From Octopus bimaculoides (lineage: Eukaryota), in NCBI RefSeq assembly GCF_001194135.2, contig NC_068981.1, positions 165,749,547 to 165,797,889 on the forward strand: a stretch of 48,343 nt of DNA, read 5' to 3'. Every line of letters starts with the position of its first letter. Positions within the stretch are counted from its first letter, which is position 1. This document shows, one piece after another, positions 11,956 to 23,499 of the stretch. The notes beneath the pieces are model-generated. The model saw only the letters and a list, made by a program, of their open reading frames with translations. It made no database searches and was not told the origin of the DNA. A program made the position numbers and the translations under genes.

Positions 11956-12906
11956 TATGTACATTTGTGTGTGTGTGTGTGTCTTTTGTCTTTCATCAAC
12001 TGCCACCAATCACTGACACTTTACAGTGCTCAGGTAAGGGCCACAGCAGAGTATTGCTCCCACATCTGGGGCAGTGTTGCAGCTGCTGCACACATAAACA
12101 TACTTGACTATATCTGTAAATGACCACTTGTCTGATAGGCATAAATTTACTCCCAGGTTAGATTCAACCCCTGGCTCACAAGTGCTCTGTATCCACTCAT
12201 TCTTCCTTTTATACAGCTATTATAATAACCTCTGATCCTGTAGAGTTAGCTACATTTATCCCATCTCTACTCAAGCGTTCACATCCTATTCATTTCTCCT
12301 TTTCTCATTACACTTGGTCTCACTCTAATCATGTTATAATTCATTGTATTAGTACACAAATTATTATCAGCTCCACTATATTCCCTATATTTCTAAATGT
12401 ATTGAGCTCTCTTGACAACTTGGCTGAATATATGTCACAGAGGAGGCCGAATAAGACTAAAATATGTCCATTGCTTCTACCAGCTGGAGTAAAAACCAGA
12501 TCCACTACTTTCTCTTTCTTTTCCAAATTTCGTTTTTATTGAAGTTAAGTTATTTCCCTTGATTTTTTTTTTCTTCCAGCATTAAAACACTCTAGAGTGG
12601 AGTCCGCTGCTCGCCCTTCATTGCCTTCGAAGATCATGTGGAAAAGAAGGTCATAAGGACCGAAAGATTCAATCCCCCGGCAGGGGAAGGTAAAGCTTGG
12701 ATGGAGAATATAGAATATAGGATGTAAGAAGTGAAATTTAACTGAAGGTGAAATTGAACAAAGACGAAGGTATGGAGCTCTGTAGCTCACAATAGATGCC
12801 ATTTTAGTAGCAACATAAGCAGAAAAAAGAAACTAAGGTGAGCTAGCAGTCGTAGAGCATTAGCAGGTGAATCTATGGTAATTGCCCCAATAGTCTTCAT
12901 CTAAAG

Positions 12907-13157
12907 CAGTGTTTCTCAACCATTTTTTTTTTTACCTAGGACTCCTTTGGTTCCTATTTTACTTGAATGGACTCTCCTAGCCAGATGTTTAAAAGATCTT
13001 ACATCTTGAATTAAATATTATTAGGAAATGCATTAAAAATATTGTTGAAATATTTTGCAAATTGTAGAAGCATAACAAATTTATTGCATGTAAATTTTAA
13101 TAACAAAATCTTATATGTACCCACAAGGGCCATATGGAGCAAGGTTGAGAACCACTG
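12907..13157. mobile_element. hAT (Charlie-like) non-autonomous element
   Basis: TIRs CAGTGTTTCTCAACC / GGTTGAGAACCACTG; 8-bp TSD atctaaag / atctaaac. Confidence 0.88.
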
Positions 13158-14123
13158 ATCTAAACTTGGGTTTAATGTCTATGTATATGGCAGGAATACC
13201 AGCCCGTATAATGAGTAATGCTTCATCCACTATAAGGACTGGTGACAGGTAAGACACACAGCCATAGTAAATCAGCCTCTACAAATTCCATCAGACCCAT
13301 GCAAGCACAGAAAAAGTGAACATTATAAGGATAATGGTGATGGCAGTCAATCTTTCAGTCAAACCAAAGAAATTGTTTCTATTGTTCTTTCAAATTGCTT
13401 ATGTTATTTGTTGGTCACAGCTCCTGACAAAAATGCCACTGTTTCTTCAGTGCCTGAGCAGAATTTTAACTCAACATGCACAAAACTAGAACTACTGCAA
13501 AGCATCCAATCTGAAGTTCAAAACAATTCCACCAATCAACCATCTTTTTGGGTTCTTTTTAGCCATTCTGAAAGGATTAAAAGCAAAGTTGACCTTGGTG
13601 AGATTTGAACTCAAAAGCACAATCAGAACAAATACCATGAAGTACAATACCCAACATACAAAGAATTCAGCCAATTTGCTGTCTATACAGGGCTACATGA
13701 TCCAATATTTTTCAACTACTTAATCAGAAAAATAAGAGCAATTCCCATGACCTTTCTCAGTAGAAGTTGACCCCAGATCAGAGACTTGACCTAACTGCTT
13801 GCAAATGAATAGAACCCATTTTAAAGACATTCAAGGCACTCAGAGATGGTATTAAACAGGGTAAGTTGTTAGTCTAACATTCATCATTGCTTAACGTCCG
13901 CCTTCCATGCTCCAAATTGAAATTTAAAAAACGATTAAAAAAGGATTAAAGCCACACTGAAGCATTGTCCAGATGGAAAGTTCCAAAACCAAGAGAGGAA
14001 AATCTGGATTAACACACAATGTTGACCTTTGTCATTGACCCTTTACCATTAAAGCTTTTTCTGCTTTGTCTGTTTATACATCAAAATTTGCTTCGGGGCA
14101 ATTAACAGAAACAATGATGATTA

Positions 14124-14530
14124 TTCTTTTATTTGTTCCAGTCATTTGACTGCAGCCATGCTGGAACACTGCCTTGAAGGGTTTTAGTTGAACACATCGA
14201 CCCCTGTACTTACTTTTTATAAGCCTGGTACTTATTCTATGTCTTTTGCTGAACCACTAAGTTACGGGGATGTATATACACCACAAGTTGTCAAGCAGTG
14301 GTGCAGTACAAACACAAACACATAAATATATATATATATATATATATATACATACATACAAACATATATACACGACGTGCTTCTTTCAGTTTGTGTCTAT
14401 CAAATCCATTCACAAGGCTTTGGTCGGCCCAAGGCTATAGAAGAAGACACTTGCTCAAGGTGTCACACAGTGGGACTGCACCCAGAACCATGTGGTTGAG
14501 AAGCAAGCTTCTTACCACACAGCCACACCT
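14124..14530 (-). mobile_element. SINE family B (internal AT/AC microsatellite)
   Basis: Head gtggctgtgtggtaag...ggttcagtcccac, central (TA)n/(TG)n, tail cagcatggccgcagtcaaatgactgaaacaa; multiple copies in the window. Confidence 0.85.
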
Positions 14531-14858
14531 TTCAAAAAAAAAAAATCAAATCACATTTAACCACTGCAGGTACCTCCAGTGATTCTTTGGTTAACTTTAC
14601 ACAATAGGCATGGTGGTTAACATATTAATATATATTTTATGTGGAGTTTCAAGCTAATGTGTTTAACTATCCAAGTTAGATAGAAGCAAAGACTAATTTA
14701 TGAAATTTTTATTTAAAAAATGTTCTCAGATTACTTTTCAAAATTGTATAAAAGGAATAAATTCCAAGTATGATTAAAAATGATTTAGATTATTCATGCA
14801 NNNNNNNNNNNNNNNNNNNNNNNNNNNNNNNNNNNNNNNNNNNNNNNNNNNNNNNNNN

Positions 14859-15045
14859 AAGGGCAGCAGTTTTGAGAGGAGTGGGGTAAGTCAATTACAT
14901 TGACCCCAGCACTTGACTGGTACTTACTTTATTGAACCCCCCCAAAAAAAAAATTAAAGACAAAGGTGACTGTCAGGATTTGAACTCAGAACGTAAAGAA
15001 GGACAAAATGTTGCAAAGCATTTTTGTCTGCCAACTTACCACCTT
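14859..15045 (-). mobile_element. SINE-C
   Basis: Core motif match; truncated by a gap. Confidence 0.8.
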
Positions 15046-15060
15046 AATAATAAAAAAAAA

Positions 15061-15066
15061 TAATAA

Positions 15067-15121
<55 letters not shown>
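15061..15121. repeat. (AAT)n; also (CTG)n at about 8445-8470, (AT)n/(GATA)n at 28225-28390, (AT)n at 39998-40044
   Basis: Seen directly. Confidence 0.97.
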
Positions 15122-15123
<2 letters not shown>

Positions 15124-15146
15124 GCAAGAAATAATTTTGATTAGAA

Positions 15147-15241
15147 TTTATTTTAACAGTCATAAGAAACAAAATTCTACCTGTAAACAGGGTTATCCTT
15201 TGAGCAAATGCAAAGGATAAAAAGCATTTTAAACTTTTATT
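15147..15241 (-). terminator. Candidate PIN1 polyadenylation signals (AATAAA at 15241-15236 and 15152-15147)
   Basis: Two AATAAA hexamers about 320 and 410 nt after the stop codon, the second followed by a U-rich tract; no transcript evidence. Confidence 0.4.
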
Positions 15242-15558
15242 CGGCAAAAGCAGAATGTTTCTTCTTTTAAATGCATTTATATTTCTCTTCTGATAAAATG
15301 GAATGACTGGTAGAGTTTCAAGACAAAAAAAAAAATCCATCTATACCTTAAAGAATGGGTGGGAAGGAAGAGGAGAAAAGGAGAGATGAGATTGGAAAGT
15401 AGCAGAAGGGGCCATTACCATTGAAACTGGTATCAGAAAAGGAACAAATTTAAGAGGAGTTAGGCTTCTTGTTCTGAATTAAACATGATCACGCCTTTCA
15501 CATCATTAATAGTTTCTAAAATTAAAGATTGTTATCTTTTAATGTCCATAAAAATACT

Positions 15559-15779
15559 TTATGCTGTTCTCAAAATGATGTGGTAACCTGAATCAGTTGA
15601 AACAATGTCACTCAATTCTCCTACTTCCAAACTAAAAGCAGCATCCTCAAATGGTTTCTGCATCTGTCCTCGACCAAACAAACCCAAGTCACCTTTGTTC
15701 CTGGCAGAACTGCAGTCACTGTACTGAGATGCCAACTCAGAAAAACCAGCCTCACCTGATTCAATTTGTTCCAAATAAC
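15559..15779 (-). CDS. PIN1: PIN1 coding exon 3 ([73 protein letters not shown])
   Basis: Long pyrimidine tract with ttttcaag acceptor; parvulin [17 protein letters not shown] and DSGxHII motifs; TAA at 15561-15559. The three exons total 465 nt = 154 aa + stop. Confidence 0.97.
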
Positions 15780-17240
15780 CTTGAAAAAAATAGAAGAAAA
15801 GAAACAGAATGTATATAAATAAGCTAGGTGACCATTCAAAATAAAATAGTACAGGCTAAAATCTGATGATAAAGTGTGACAAGGAAATCAATTGAGGAAA
15901 AAAAAATTATTGTGAAGGCCCTAATAGTTTAGCTAGATATCTAGAGTGATGGATACGTGTGTTAAATAAGTTTAAGATGAAATGAACTTTAGCATATTAG
16001 TCATTACAAACTACCCCTGATTAGAATCGAAACCTGGATCTAATAGCAAACCAACAGAGCCAGTCAGGAAAACTTTGCTCTGAGGTGGAACACAGGAGAA
16101 GCTTCTAATTATTATCTCCAGGTTCAATGAACTTTGCATTACCACAAGTTAACAAGATAATTGCAGTGTTCCTGCTGCTTACAATGGTGAACTAGTCTTG
16201 TTAACAGCTCCAATAGACTGAGCTCCCAAGGGTGAAAGTTCTTTGGCTATAATATTGCAATCAGATATAACTGACCAATCAACGTCTAGTACCCTATTGG
16301 ATCAGTTAGTTGCAACTCAGTCGAAATACTTCACCCAAACTCAACCATATCCTTCTCGTGTTAAATGTTTTATGAATTATTTTAAATCTGCATTATAATA
16401 CATACAGAGTAATTCTAATGAAATACATTTGGCAAGTTTGCTATACGGTATATCACCATTTGTCTTAGCTTTTGTTGTTTCTTCTGTAAGGAATATATTT
16501 TCTTTAATCTTCAACGAGTGCCCTCCACCCACAGCACTTACCAGCAATCAGTAACCACTTATTGTCTATTAAGATCACATGCCAACCGTCTTTCTCCCAC
16601 TTACATTAGTTGATGCCTTTAATACTTAGCTGCTCTTTCAACTTAACCTCTTACTCAGACTAACATGACAAATCCAACAGCTTTCCCGGATTTGCCACCA
16701 GCAAAAACAGTTGTTAAACTGGTGGTGGTGGTGATAGGAGGTTGGAATGTACAGTATAACTACATTGAGTCTCTTCCCTATTCTACTCTTGTTAAATCTC
16801 CACCTACTACCCTCTTCATTAAGCCCTTATCTATCAATCATCCACTTCTCTATTTACACAACTGAGTACCAGAAAATTACATTAGATCTTTTCACATTTA
16901 ATTCCTCCATTACCTTTTATCACTAGCTATCTTCCACATCATTGCCTAAGTAACAAAGTTTGGCATCAAATCTGACCATACTCAGTTACCACTACCATCA
17001 CCCGCCCTTCTTTAGAACAAACTATCTCTCACCAATACTCGTCTTTACTGCTAGTTATCATTCATCATTACTGCTACCTCCATCAAGCTGTTCATAATGT
17101 TTCTCATTCAATCTCCTTACCAACAATTAACATGTACCCATCACGGTTTCTTCCATTACTCCTCCTTCTCTCCCCTCATTCTCTTGGTCATCACTCATCT
17201 ATTCACCCTTTAGTCATCACTCTGCTTTTCATACCCTTAA

Positions 17241-17457
17241 CCCTTTAAGCATTTAAACTGGCCGTATCCAGCCCAAATATTCTGTTTTATGTTCAAACTG
17301 GCCAGATCCAACCTCTCACACCTATCCAACTATGTCATTCTAGAAATATACAATCACATCATTGAAATCTCATAGCAATGAGATAATACATGATTAATCC
17401 AAAGCAATATGAATAAAAAAGCATTACATTTGACAGAGTAATCTGAATACTAAACGG
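17241..17457. mobile_element. piggyBac-type MITE
   Basis: TTAA on both flanks (17237-17240, 17458-17461); CCCTTTA...TAAACGG ends; second copy at 41728-41948. Confidence 0.8.
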
Positions 17458-18033
17458 TTAATCATGTTTGTTTTGAAAGAATGGAGACAACATAGAGAGG
17501 ACTTGTCTTGCAAGAGATATGACATCTCTAGTGATGATGCAACAATAAAATGCATTCCAAGTAGTCAATTTAGGGAAATTATTCAGTCATAGACACACAA
17601 CCAAAGCTGGAACATGAGTGAGACATAATTCTGTGACCAATCCATGGAAACAATAACTCCAAATAAAAAATGACTTGGACTACAACATCCCCCTCCAACC
17701 CACGTCAACATGGAAAGTGAATGTAAAATAACCAGATGTTTTTATAAACTTGTACTCCATAAATTTCTTTACTTCAATAAACAATCTGATTGCATTCTGA
17801 TCAACAAAGGAGCTGTCACATTGTCAATCAATCAGAGGGAAATAGCAGCTAAATCTCCCTCAAACTACTCTCTAGCATCTTTAAAAAAATGTAGTAAGCT
17901 GAATGTAGCCCTAAATACCTGAACAAAAATGAGATAGTCATGAGAGGTGCACTTTTGGTTATGTCTTAACCAGGGCCGTTTTTAGATAAACAACAATCTA
18001 TTTGGCTACAATGGTAAATCAACAGATGCTTAC

Positions 18034-18225
18034 CTTTAAGTATAGTTATTGCCTCTTCTTTGGTTCTTTCTATCTTCTCTTGTCTCCATGAAGATGGTCG
18101 ACGACAATCTTTGTGTTTGACTAACAGGTGTGAACATTGTACTACCTCTTCAGTTTCTTCAGCTGGCTTTGTGGGACGGTACCATTGACTTTTTTTAGTA
18201 CAAAGGTTTATGTAGTACTCCTTGC
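18034..18225 (-). CDS. PIN1: PIN1 coding exon 2 ([64 protein letters not shown]+G)
   Basis: Acceptor tttcag and donor gtaagc; 192 nt, phase 1 to phase 1, no stop; second WW Trp, CSHLLVKH and RRPSSW motifs of Pin1. Confidence 0.97.
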
Positions 18226-18418
18226 CTGAAATTTGAACAAATCAGCTTCAAAATACTTTTGCTAATAATACTGTTCCCTCCAATACTAACTACCAAGAGA
18301 AAAATCAATGAAATACAAGATTTAGCAAGTTATACAAGGATAATTGCTTTAGTGTTAAAAGAATCAGTAAAAGAAGGTAGGATTATTTATGGGTTTCTTT
18401 TTCTTCATAGTTTTAAAG

Positions 18419-18737
18419 CAGGGGTTCTCAACCATTCCTTATCTATGGACCCCTTTGGTTACTATTTTATTCTGGTGGACCACCATAGTCATTTGAGGTT
18501 TCGAAACTAGTTTTATAGAAACTTCTTTCAAAATTCTTATTTCGTTTTTCATCCATTAACTTATGAAGGTTGAACCATGTAAAATGTTAAAGAAATCAAT
18601 TTCTTGCAAAGCATACCAATACATACATCTAAGCAAAATTTTTCAGAGGCCCTTAAAATATTATTGTGAATCCTCAATTTACTATTTTGTTATGTGGACC
18701 CCAAAAATCTTATATGGGCCCTGGTTCAGAACAACTG
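18419..18737. mobile_element. hAT (Charlie-like) non-autonomous element
   Basis: TIRs CAGGGGTTCTCAACC / GGTTCAGAACAACTG; perfect 8-bp TSD ttttaaag at 18411-18418 and 18738-18745. Confidence 0.9.
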
Positions 18738-19356
18738 TTTTAAAGAATCATAAAGTTAGATAAGTTAGATGAAATACTGAGGCATGATAAACCAGAGATG
18801 ATGTGTATAAAGCATAGAGTAGTTTAGTGCAGTATATATACAGTAATTCAATATAGTGTAATGCTGTTATTTAAATCAGGTCAATCCTGATTGAACAAAC
18901 CTAGGATCAAGACTATTCCAATTCCAGCCTTGACCAGCTCATTCTTTTTTTACAAGAATATAGTACTACATTGTGTAACGTTTATTTCCTTTCCTGACAT
19001 GACAGGATGTGATTTGAGAACTTGGCTAATTTTAACCTGCATTGTCTCTACTCATTTGGCAACCATCTTACCGAGTGTACTGGGGTGGATTTTATCTTGA
19101 CAGCAGTACTAGTGAAGTTGCTTTGTATTCTACAAAGCAAAAGAGGGTCCTACCAATTATATGTTGTTCAGGGCAATATGACCAAAAGATTGGGTAGGAC
19201 AGAGAGTAAATACAGAAGATGAACTAGGGAGGAGGGGAGAAAAGCAAAAGTATGATGATGGTGACAGAGTGACTGGGGCAATCATATGGAAGAAGAGAGA
19301 AATGGGAAAGATAATATTAGATATGAAGAAAAGGGACAGTAATGGTATGGTATCCT

Positions 19357-19583
19357 CACCACCATCATCATCAATATCTAAAGCCTGTTTTCCATGCTGG
19401 CATGGGTTGGATGGCTTGACAGGAACTAGTAAGGCCAGGGACCACACCAGGTTTCCATAGTCTGTTTTGGCTTAGCTTTCCACAGCTAGGTGCCCTTCCT
19501 AGCAGTAACCACTCCACAGTGTGTGCCGAGTGCTTTTTACATGGCACCATCACCAGTGTCTTTTACATGGCACCAGCACCCAC
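19357..19583 (-). mobile_element. Repeat D, diverged
   Basis: catcatcat...ttccatgctggcatgggttgg...tgcccttcct motif series. Confidence 0.7.
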
Positions 19584-19963
19584 ATCAATACTTTATATGT
19601 GACACCTTGGTTTTAGGATCTCAATAATGAGAGAAAGTCATTGCAAAAGGCTAGTGAAAGAGAGACTAAATGATGGATATTCACAGAAATGGCTGATGGT
19701 GAAACAGTAAGACAGGTGCCAATTATGGGAGCCCAGGGATTTACGTAATGATGGTTAGCAGAATGAAAGGAAATGCTCACTGATATGAGAGAGTGTGAGT
19801 GATGAATAATGAAATGGTAATGATAAGAGAATGATGGACGTCAATAAAGAGGGGAGCTGAAGGGAACAGACACAAATAGCAGCTACATGTCTGCTGGTAT
19901 TGAAGAGAGAGAGAATGCAGTAAGGAGAATCAAATACCATCAAGTATGGAAATATGACTATTC

Positions 19964-20357
19964 TGAAGTGACCCTGGACTGGCTCTTGTGCGGGTGGCAC
20001 ATAAAATACACACTTTTGAGCGTGGCCGTTGCCAGTACCGCCTGACTGGCCTTCGTAGGATTTTTGAGCGAGATCGTTGCCAGTGCCCCTGGACTGGCTC
20101 TTGTGCGGGTGGCACATAAAATACACCATTTTGAGCGTGGCCGTTGCCAGTACTGCCTGACTGGCGTTCGTGCAGGTGACACATAAAAGCACCCACTACA
20201 CTCTCAGAGTGGTTGGCGTTAGGAAGGGCATCCAGCTGTAGAAACTCTGCCAAATCAGATTGGAGCCTGCTGTAGCCATCTGGTTCACCAGTCCTCAGTC
20301 AAATCGTCCAACCTATGCTAGCATGGAAAGCGGACGTTAAACGACGATGATGATGAT
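19964..20357 (+). mobile_element. Repeat D: RTE-type 3' tail element with internal tandem units
   Basis: Ends ggttggcgttaggaagggcatccagctgta...atgctagcatggaaagcggacgttaaacgacgatgatgat; RTE assignment is from resemblance only. Confidence 0.75.
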
Positions 20358-21231
20358 CTTGTAGTAAGTTATATTGACAATGTAGGCATTAGATAAAATA
20401 ATGATGGGAGGTTGTTATGACACTTATCTTCTTTCCTGAGTAAATAGGAAATATTTTTCATTACATATATATACACACACACAATACTGAATACAGTACT
20501 GACTTTATTCTGAATGGAAAGTGCAGACTGCACCCACTTTTGGAAATCAACCTTCAGGAAGTTCCACAGAAACAATATCAACAAATTACTCACCCACTTC
20601 TGTAGATGTCAATCTGTTATACACAATGGCTTTAACAGATAAATTTAGTTCAGACTAAACCAACAAACTATTATATAAATTTATTGCTTTAATATTATAG
20701 AATTAGATTATACACTTCATTTCATAATCATTTTAACTTTTTTTCAAGACATGAGACTTTTAAACTTCTAGTATCTAAAAAGAAAAAAAATTTTCTTTGG
20801 TCTCTTGGCAGTTTAAATTATTCAACATTATATCATACATGTATTCAATATGATCATATCATTCTTATGCTGCTCCAACAACAAAAGATTGCAATTTCAA
20901 CTTCATCCAGCTTCTGCAATCAGAGCCACATTTGCACTTTTAATGTGTTTGAAGGTGGGCATAGACAGGGCATTGGTCAAGAAGTTTGTTTTGCAATCAT
21001 AAAAGAGGTCCCAAGCTTGATCCCATAGCATACCAGTAGCACAAGTACAATCTACCAAAGCATCAAGTCAACCCAGGCCCAGTGCAACTGGGCAAACAGA
21101 AACTCTGTGCAAGTCCATCATGATCATTTAACATCCACTTTCCATGCTGGCATGGGTTGGATAGTTTGATAGGATCTGGTGAGTTACAAGGCCACATTAA
21201 GCTCCAATGCTAGTTTTGCCATGGTTTCTGA

Positions 21232-21385
21232 CCTGGATTTGAATGTCTGGTATCTTGATGATGCTTGTTTGGAGGTGGCCTCCTGACAAGGCCCTTGCAA
21301 CTGCGAGGACAATGATTGAGAAACTTGGTCGTAGAGGCCTTGGCGTTAATAGTTCCAAATGCGAGCTCTGGCTCTTCAGCCATCC
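21232..21385 (+). mobile_element. CRE-like retrotransposon RT fragment
   Basis: LDLNVWYLDDA, then after a frameshift GPPDKALATARTMIEKLGRRGLGVNSSKCELW; LNVWYLDD and LxxNxxKCE match CRE-type RT motifs. Confidence 0.65.
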
Positions 21386-21947
21386 AGCTTCACCTCAGCA
21401 TTTTACAAAGTGTACTGGGTGCTTTTTCTTCATGCCACAGGCACTCATGAGGTTGCCCTGTAACTTACAAGACAAAAGAACAGGGAAAACACTCCTACTA
21501 CTAAGTGGAGAGTATCTGAGAAAGGAAGACTGCTTTATGCCAGATGTTAAAAGGCTAAAGTATGATAGAGGGACAAGCACAGGTGTTTTGCTATAGAGGA
21601 GCTACATGGCTATCCTATACTAGCCAAGGGAGTAGTTGGGGAAAGAAACAGAAGGTAATGATAGTGTGTCAGAGCAACCTCTCAAAGTACAAGAGGGTGA
21701 ACATATGAGAGGCAACAGACAGTGGGTCATGGGAGAGAAAGAGAAAGTGGATACTTTCATAAAAGTTTTAAGGGTGAGTAACAGATGGTTAAAAATGGAG
21801 GTAGAGATGAATGTGGTAAGTGATGAACAAGGGAGAGGCATGGTAAGGACCAGCCTGGTCACATCAATTCTGTCTAAAGATGATATTAAGTGTACAAGTG
21901 TCTGTGAAGTACTCAACCACAATGAGAAGGTAGATCTCATATTATAA

Positions 21948-22190
21948 CATCATCATCATTTAACATCTACCTTCCATGCTGGCATGGGTTGGACAGTTTG
22001 ACAGGAGCCAGCCAGGTAGAAGACTACACCAGGCTTCTGTGTCTGTTTTGGCATGGTTTTACGGCTGGATGCCCTTCCTAAAACCAACCACCCCACAGAG
22101 TGGACTGAGTGCTTTTTATGTGGTACCAACACAGGCGAGGTCAGTTTTGGCATGGTTTTTACAGCTGGATGCCCTTCCAAATGCCAACCA
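21948..22190 (-). mobile_element. Repeat D
   Basis: Same motif series; related pieces at 21116-21232 (-), 24016-24215 (-), 28070-28218 (+) and 13240-13345 (+, variant). Confidence 0.75.
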
Positions 22191-22208
22191 CACATGCGTG
22201 TGTGCATG

Positions 22209-22241
<33 letters not shown>

Positions 22242-22610
22242 AAAAAAAATTATGCAATATTCCATATAGCATGTAAAATCAATTAATTCTAAATTAGAAT
22301 GTCCCCCCTAGCATAGGAATTGTCAAACAGGAGGCACTTGGCTCTTGAAGGAGGAATTTTAGCCGATGAAGCATCTCCAAAGTAAGNNNNNNNNNNNNNN
22401 NNNNNNNNNNNNNNNNNNNNNNNNNNNNNNNNNNNNNNNNNNNNNNNNNNNNNNNNNNNNNNNNNNNNNNNNNNNNNNNNNNNNNNNNNNNNNNNNNNNN
22501 NNNNNNNNNNNNNNNNNNNNNNNNNNNNNNNNNNNNNNNNNNNNNNNNNNNNNNNNNNNNNNNNNNNNNNNNNNNNNNNNNNNNNNNNNNNNNNNNNNNN
22601 NNNNNNNNNN

Positions 22611-22987
22611 TCTTTTATTTTTCTTTCTTTTGTTTCAGTCATTTGACTGTGGTCATGCTGGAGCACCACCTTTAGTCGAATAAATCGACCCCAGGACTTA
22701 TTCTTTGTAAGCCTAGTACTTATTCTATCGGTCTCTTTTTGCCGAACCGCTAAGTGACGGTGGTGTAAACACACCAGCATCAGTTGTCAAGCGATGGTGG
22801 GGGGGACAAACACATACATATATATACATACGACAGACTTCTTTCAGTTTCTGTCTACCAAATCCACTCACAAGGCTTTGGTCAGCCCGAGGCTATAGTA
22901 GAAAACACTTGCCCAGGGTGCCACGTAGTCGGACTGAACCTGGAACCATGTGGTTGGGAAGCAAGCCTCTTACCACACAGCCACTCC
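22611..22987 (-). mobile_element. SINE family B
   Basis: Aligns to the other family B copies; lies in PIN1 intron 1. Confidence 0.85.
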
Positions 22988-23317
22988 TAATGATGTGATA
23001 CTCAAGTCCCACAAGTGCTTTTTTACTCTTCCCAAATTTTTGATTAAATGTACTTTTAGTGTTGTCACAGATGCATCGACAACAAGGCATCTCAACATTT
23101 GTGAGTACAGTAACCTTCAAGTAAAACCAACTGGATTTGTATTTATGTAGTGTATTTCAGACAAAAACGTCCTAGCAGAGTTCTCAACTCACAAGAGAGG
23201 AATTGATCTCACTACAGCAAACTGATGAAACATGTCATATTTCTAGTGTTCTTGCTGCATACAATGAATAGTCTTTACCTAACAATACATATTTACAGTT
23301 AGATGCAAAACATTTAA

Positions 23318-23499
23318 GGGTCTAGATGGAGAATATGTAATCAGAAAATGTGAAAAACGAGGAAATGGGGGGGTCGAAATTTTGAATTTTAGAAACTTTT
23401 TTTTCAGAATCGGAATCTCCAGAGCCTAAAACGTGAGATTCCGTAAAAAAAAAAAATTAAGGGGGAAAGGTTCCGATTACATATTCTCCATCTGGACCC
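23318..23499. mobile_element. Unclassified MITE with 25-bp TIRs
   Basis: gggtctagatggagaatatgtaatc / gattacatattctccatctggaccc (24/25 match); atttaa on both flanks. Confidence 0.85.

Noticed and set aside
13194-13866. Strong plus-strand donors at 13248 and 13861 and the 13421 open frame
   Set aside because: The 13248 donor lies in a repeat-D remnant, the 13421 frame runs into a SINE fragment, and the 13764-13860 frame contains a TGA.
15621-15839. ORF-track start codons near the PIN1 last exon (15774 and 15839)
   Set aside because: The 15774 start is a TTG inside the exon and the 15839 ORF is another frame; the real exon starts at the acceptor at 15779.
16245-16320. Hairpin taactgaccaat...attggatcagtta as a pre-miRNA or snoRNA
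   Set aside because: Short bulged stem with a 16-nt loop and no box motifs; too weak.
21400-21947. Overlapping 106-aa and 103-aa ORFs
   Set aside because: Purine/pyrimidine-skewed sequence, probably very old LINE debris; no assignable motif.
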